64,000 bases of DNA, taken from Flavobacterium sp. (GTDB taxonomy: Bacteria; Bacteroidota; Bacteroidia; Flavobacteriales; Flavobacteriaceae). Positions 62,838 through 64,000 of the stretch are shown piece by piece. A program made the position numbers and the translations under genes. Below the pieces are notes generated by a model. The model ran no database searches. It was not told where the DNA came from and saw only the letters and a program-made list of their open reading frames with translations. Numbering within the stretch: position 1 is the stretch's first letter; every line of letters starts with the position of its first letter. The stretch is taken from assembly GCF_041392005.1 (NCBI RefSeq), contig NZ_JAWKMX010000004.1, positions 61,325-125,324 on the forward strand, in the 5' to 3' direction.

Positions 62838-63644
62838 CTTATAAACGTGTGGATTTTCTTTTATTCCTTTTTTAAAAATTTTTCTAATTCCCATTCTTAA
62901 AAAAGTATCGACTTGTAGTAGCACATCGGTAAATTTATTTTCTGGTCTGCCTCTAAATGAAGTTACATGAAACGTATCTTCTTTTCGCAACGGCTCGTTT
63001 GAAAAATAATAATTCGAAATACATTTACGCAACACATTTTCTTTAACTGGCGAAACCGAATGCAATGAAGCATTATGCGTTGCCATAACGGCCAATCTAT
63101 TAAATTTACTTTCTATTGTAATAGGCGAATTAGCCAACCCATTTGGCCATAATTCTAAATTTCCACCATTTTCTAGTTTCCAATTTGGCGAAATGTAATA
63201 CAACAAATTTAGCACACGCCACCGTTCTCTGTCTTTATCGTGAGAATTGTCTAAGTGAGGATTTAAAAATTGATTTTGTTGCATTAAAGAAATTCCTCCA
63301 GCATATAAATTTTCATCTGGAAAAAGCCCGCTTACTTTTATAATTTCTCCAATAACTTTTACAATACGTTCGTCTTGAAAAGCATACAAAACCTCTTCAA
63401 GTAAAGGATTGTAATTATTCATTTGAACGCCAATAAATTTGTCTTCTCTTAAACTCTTTTTTAATACCATTTCTTCCGAAAGTGGAAAAACCTCATTTAG
63501 TTGGTAAACCAAATCTTCAGGTAAAACATCGTCAATAAAAAAATAACCAATTTGAGTTTTAGAATGCTCAAAAAAGTTACTTAAAGTTTCTTTTTCTTCA
63601 AGTAATCTATTTAAAATTATATCGGCTAGTTGCTTTCTATTCAT
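62823..63644 (-). CDS. 2OG-Fe(II) oxygenase
   Basis: HxD (PHLDNSHD), LNLLYY, GGNLELW, distal His (SLHSV) and Arg (RKCISNYY). Confidence 0.88.
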   Translation of the reverse strand: MNRKQLADIILNRLLEEKETLSNFFEHSKTQIGYFFIDDVLPEDLVYQLNEVFPLSEEMVLKKSLREDKFIGVQMNNYNPLLEEVLYAFQDERIVKVIGEIIKVSGLFPDENLYAGGISLMQQNQFLNPHLDNSHDKDRERWRVLNLLYYISPNWKLENGGNLELWPNGLANSPITIESKFNRLAVMATHNASLHSVSPVKENVLRKCISNYYFSNEPLRKEDTFHVTSFRGRPENKFTDVLLQVDTFLRMGIRKIFKKGIKENPHVYKKSKK

Positions 63645-64000
63645 AATTCCATTAGTTTTTGTGCATTTTTTAAATCGTTATATTCATTTAAAAGCATTTT
63701 TTGTTTTTCTAAAATATGATGTTGCTCGTATGGCATTTTCATTAATTTATGTATGCTTGCAGTTAAATCTTCTTCGGTTAAAGCTAGCTCGCACAACTTA
63801 TTTATACTAGTGTCGTCTATAATATTTTGGTTAATTATTGAAAATCTAGAATTAAACAATGCGTTTAATAGTTTTAATTTTGTTCCCGATTTTTGAAAAG
63901 ACCAACTAATACAAATATGTGCTTTTTTAAACAAAAGCAGTAAATCGTTAAACGATTGTATTTCTTCAAACGAAATATTTGATGATGAACCTATTTTATT
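63641..64000 (-). CDS. 3' end of a probable glycosyltransferase (partial)
   Basis: Frame is open to the window edge; AHICISWSFQKSGTKLKLLNAL resembles a GT-B C-terminal motif (G.KLKLL.AL). Confidence 0.6.
   Translation of the reverse strand, partial: NKIGSSSNISFEEIQSFNDLLLLFKKAHICISWSFQKSGTKLKLLNALFNSRFSIINQNIIDDTSINKLCELALTEEDLTASIHKLMKMPYEQHHILEKQKMLLNEYNDLKNAQKLMEL

Overview
AT-rich (roughly 30% GC by eye) chromosomal segment of a Flavobacterium-like Bacteroidota. Supporting signs are TAnnTTTG -7 promoter boxes, porQ, bshB1, DUF349/DUF5606 genes and the relA-fur-purA-ostA order. Most of it is housekeeping: tRNA-His, bshB1/menF/thioesterase, purL, a MarR-linked beta-oxidation operon, relA/spoT, fur, purA, aroE, mazG, glmM, rpsA, cmk, porQ, lon and ftsE. 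Two patches (about 16.5-20.25 kb and 41.9-42.8 kb) are full of indels and also hit glmM, so they look like sequencing/assembly error rather than real gene decay. No CRISPR, prophage, integrase or transposase was found. The most interesting signal is non-coding. Short 7-8 bp tandem arrays sit at about a dozen gene junctions and, where orientation can be read, always point into the intergenic space. Matching inverted arrays bracket single inserted genes (an orphan membrane protein and a four-helix-bundle gene), and one inverted pair has no cargo. Together these suggest an intervening-sequence-like cassette system inside operons. Also present: two copies of a ~200 bp nested-palindrome REPIN/MITE-like element, a duplicated tRNA-His 3' end (att-like scar), a perfect 28-bp operator upstream of marR, and a putative membrane-anchored regulator module.
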